The position numbers and the translations under genes were made by a program. A DNA stretch of 63,960 nt, the filler included, from Octopus bimaculoides (taxonomy: Eukaryota), in NCBI RefSeq assembly GCF_001194135.2. It is 6 parts of 4 records of this genome, joined end to end, with 100 filler letters (N's around TTAATTAATTAA, not from the genome) between each part and the next. Parts side by side here need not be neighbours in the genome. Positions count along the whole stretch, not along the records: positions 62,849 to 63,960 come from NW_026351777.1; 5 more parts are not named here. The stretch is one strand, 5' to 3'. The number at the start of each line of letters is the position of its first letter. The stretch's first letter is position 1. Below are positions 62,749 to 63,960 of the stretch, in pieces. Below the pieces are notes generated by a model. That model saw only the letters and a program-made list of their open reading frames with translations, searched no databases and was not told the origin of the DNA.

Positions 62749-63469
62749 NNNNNNNNNNNNNNNNNNNNNNNNNNNNNNNNNNNNNNNNNNNNTTAATTAA
62801 TTAANNNNNNNNNNNNNNNNNNNNNNNNNNNNNNNNNNNNNNNNNNNNTATATATATATACATGATATCTGTTATATTTTGGTTAATCTCATAATGACCT
62901 TGTTTCATGTCACCATTAAAGATATTATTATCAGTGGTAATGGTCAGTTGGACTGTCAACACCGCTAATATCATTATCAGCATGATCAATATACAATTCC
63001 TTCACAAACACAAGTGTTTTGTAATACATGTGATTAAATCTATCCTCATTATTTCACTAGTACTTTGATTATATTTATATTATACAGATCAATAAAATAC
63101 CAGAGAGTGTATATAATATGTATTTGTTAACTAACCTGGGACAGCATCAAAATCACCACATCATATTGTTGCCTGAAAGGAATGGATGAGAAAAGAAAAA
63201 CATAAAAAACAAACATCAGAGAGCTTGAGATAATAATTATTAGGTCATTAAAAAAAAACATATGTAAATAAGTCACCATAACCTAATTACAGCAATTATT
63301 AAACACATACACACACACACATATTTATTCAATACACACTCTACACAGTAGAACAATTATATATACCCACCTGCGTAAAGACAGAAAAAATACTGCTAAG
63401 AATTCTCACAGCTTATAAAACATGAAATTTAGGAAGGAAAGAAGGACTACAATTAATCATATGGACCGC

Positions 63470-63600
63470 AGTACATGACTGGTATTGTATTTTATCAACC
63501 TTGCAAAGATGGAAGGAAAAGTTGACCTTGGCAGGATTTGAACTCTGAACGTAAAGAGTTATATATAAATACCACAAGGTAGTTTTTCCAACAGTAATAA
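63470..63600 (-). mobile_element. SINE family B fragment
   Basis: ggaaaagttgaccttggcaggatttgaactctgaacgtaaag. Confidence 0.7.
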
Positions 63601-63839
63601 GAAACAAGAACAAGAGGAAAGAGGGAGGTCAGTTTATTAAAGGGACACCTGGATATTACTGGTACAGATTATATTGACCCCAGGGTGATAATAAATACTC
63701 TGGCAGGATTTGAACACGGAACATAAAAGAGACAAATTTAAATACTGGAAGGGAATGATTCTGAATTTAGTCCAGGGTCGGAGTAAATAGGGAACTAGAA
63801 AGGATACAGAGTAAGAGGGAGGGAGAGAGAGAGAGAGAT

Positions 63840-63891
<52 letters not shown>

Positions 63892-63960
63892 TAGTTCTAG
63901 AAGGGATGAAAAGAAGGGAGAGGATTTGAACCTGTAACGTTGAGGTAATGGAAGATGAGA

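Noticed and set aside
9913-62989. Long ORFs of 100-400 aa in the ORF track
   Set aside because: They run through N-gaps (X residues) or translate microsatellites (poly-YI, CV, HT, K, M, I); they are not genes.

Overview
AT-rich, microsatellite-dense, gap-riddled eukaryotic DNA made almost entirely of transposon debris. The SINE families, the repeat content and the TTAATTAATTAA gap placeholders suggest an octopus (cephalopod) draft assembly; this is an inference. I found no supportable host protein-coding gene, and most listed ORFs are N-run or microsatellite artefacts. Recognisable relics are a mariner with TIRs, a maT/DD37D-like fragment, a BEL/Pao LTR element with a tRNA-Ser(GCT) primer-binding site, a near full-length R4-like (RLE) LINE inside (TACA)n, stacked R4-like 3' ends in (TAA)n, a CR1-like LINE, an RTE-like scrap, several tRNA-derived SINE families and five Penelope-like (PLE) GIY-YIG remnants. 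The most striking unannotated signal is roughly 20 hammerhead-ribozyme (HHR)-like motifs in several classes. (i) A tRNA-like Pol III cassette + (AAT)n + HHR module forms the 3' end of a Penelope element and also occurs solo. (ii) HHRs with a 46-59 nt, partly structured stem II region and an 8-nt palindromic stem III occur as one apparently intact solo copy and two divergent inverted pairs. (iii) A six-copy family has a fixed non-canonical CUGUNGA core. (iv) Several vestigial or permuted motifs are also present. All folds were done by eye and none is verified computationally or experimentally.
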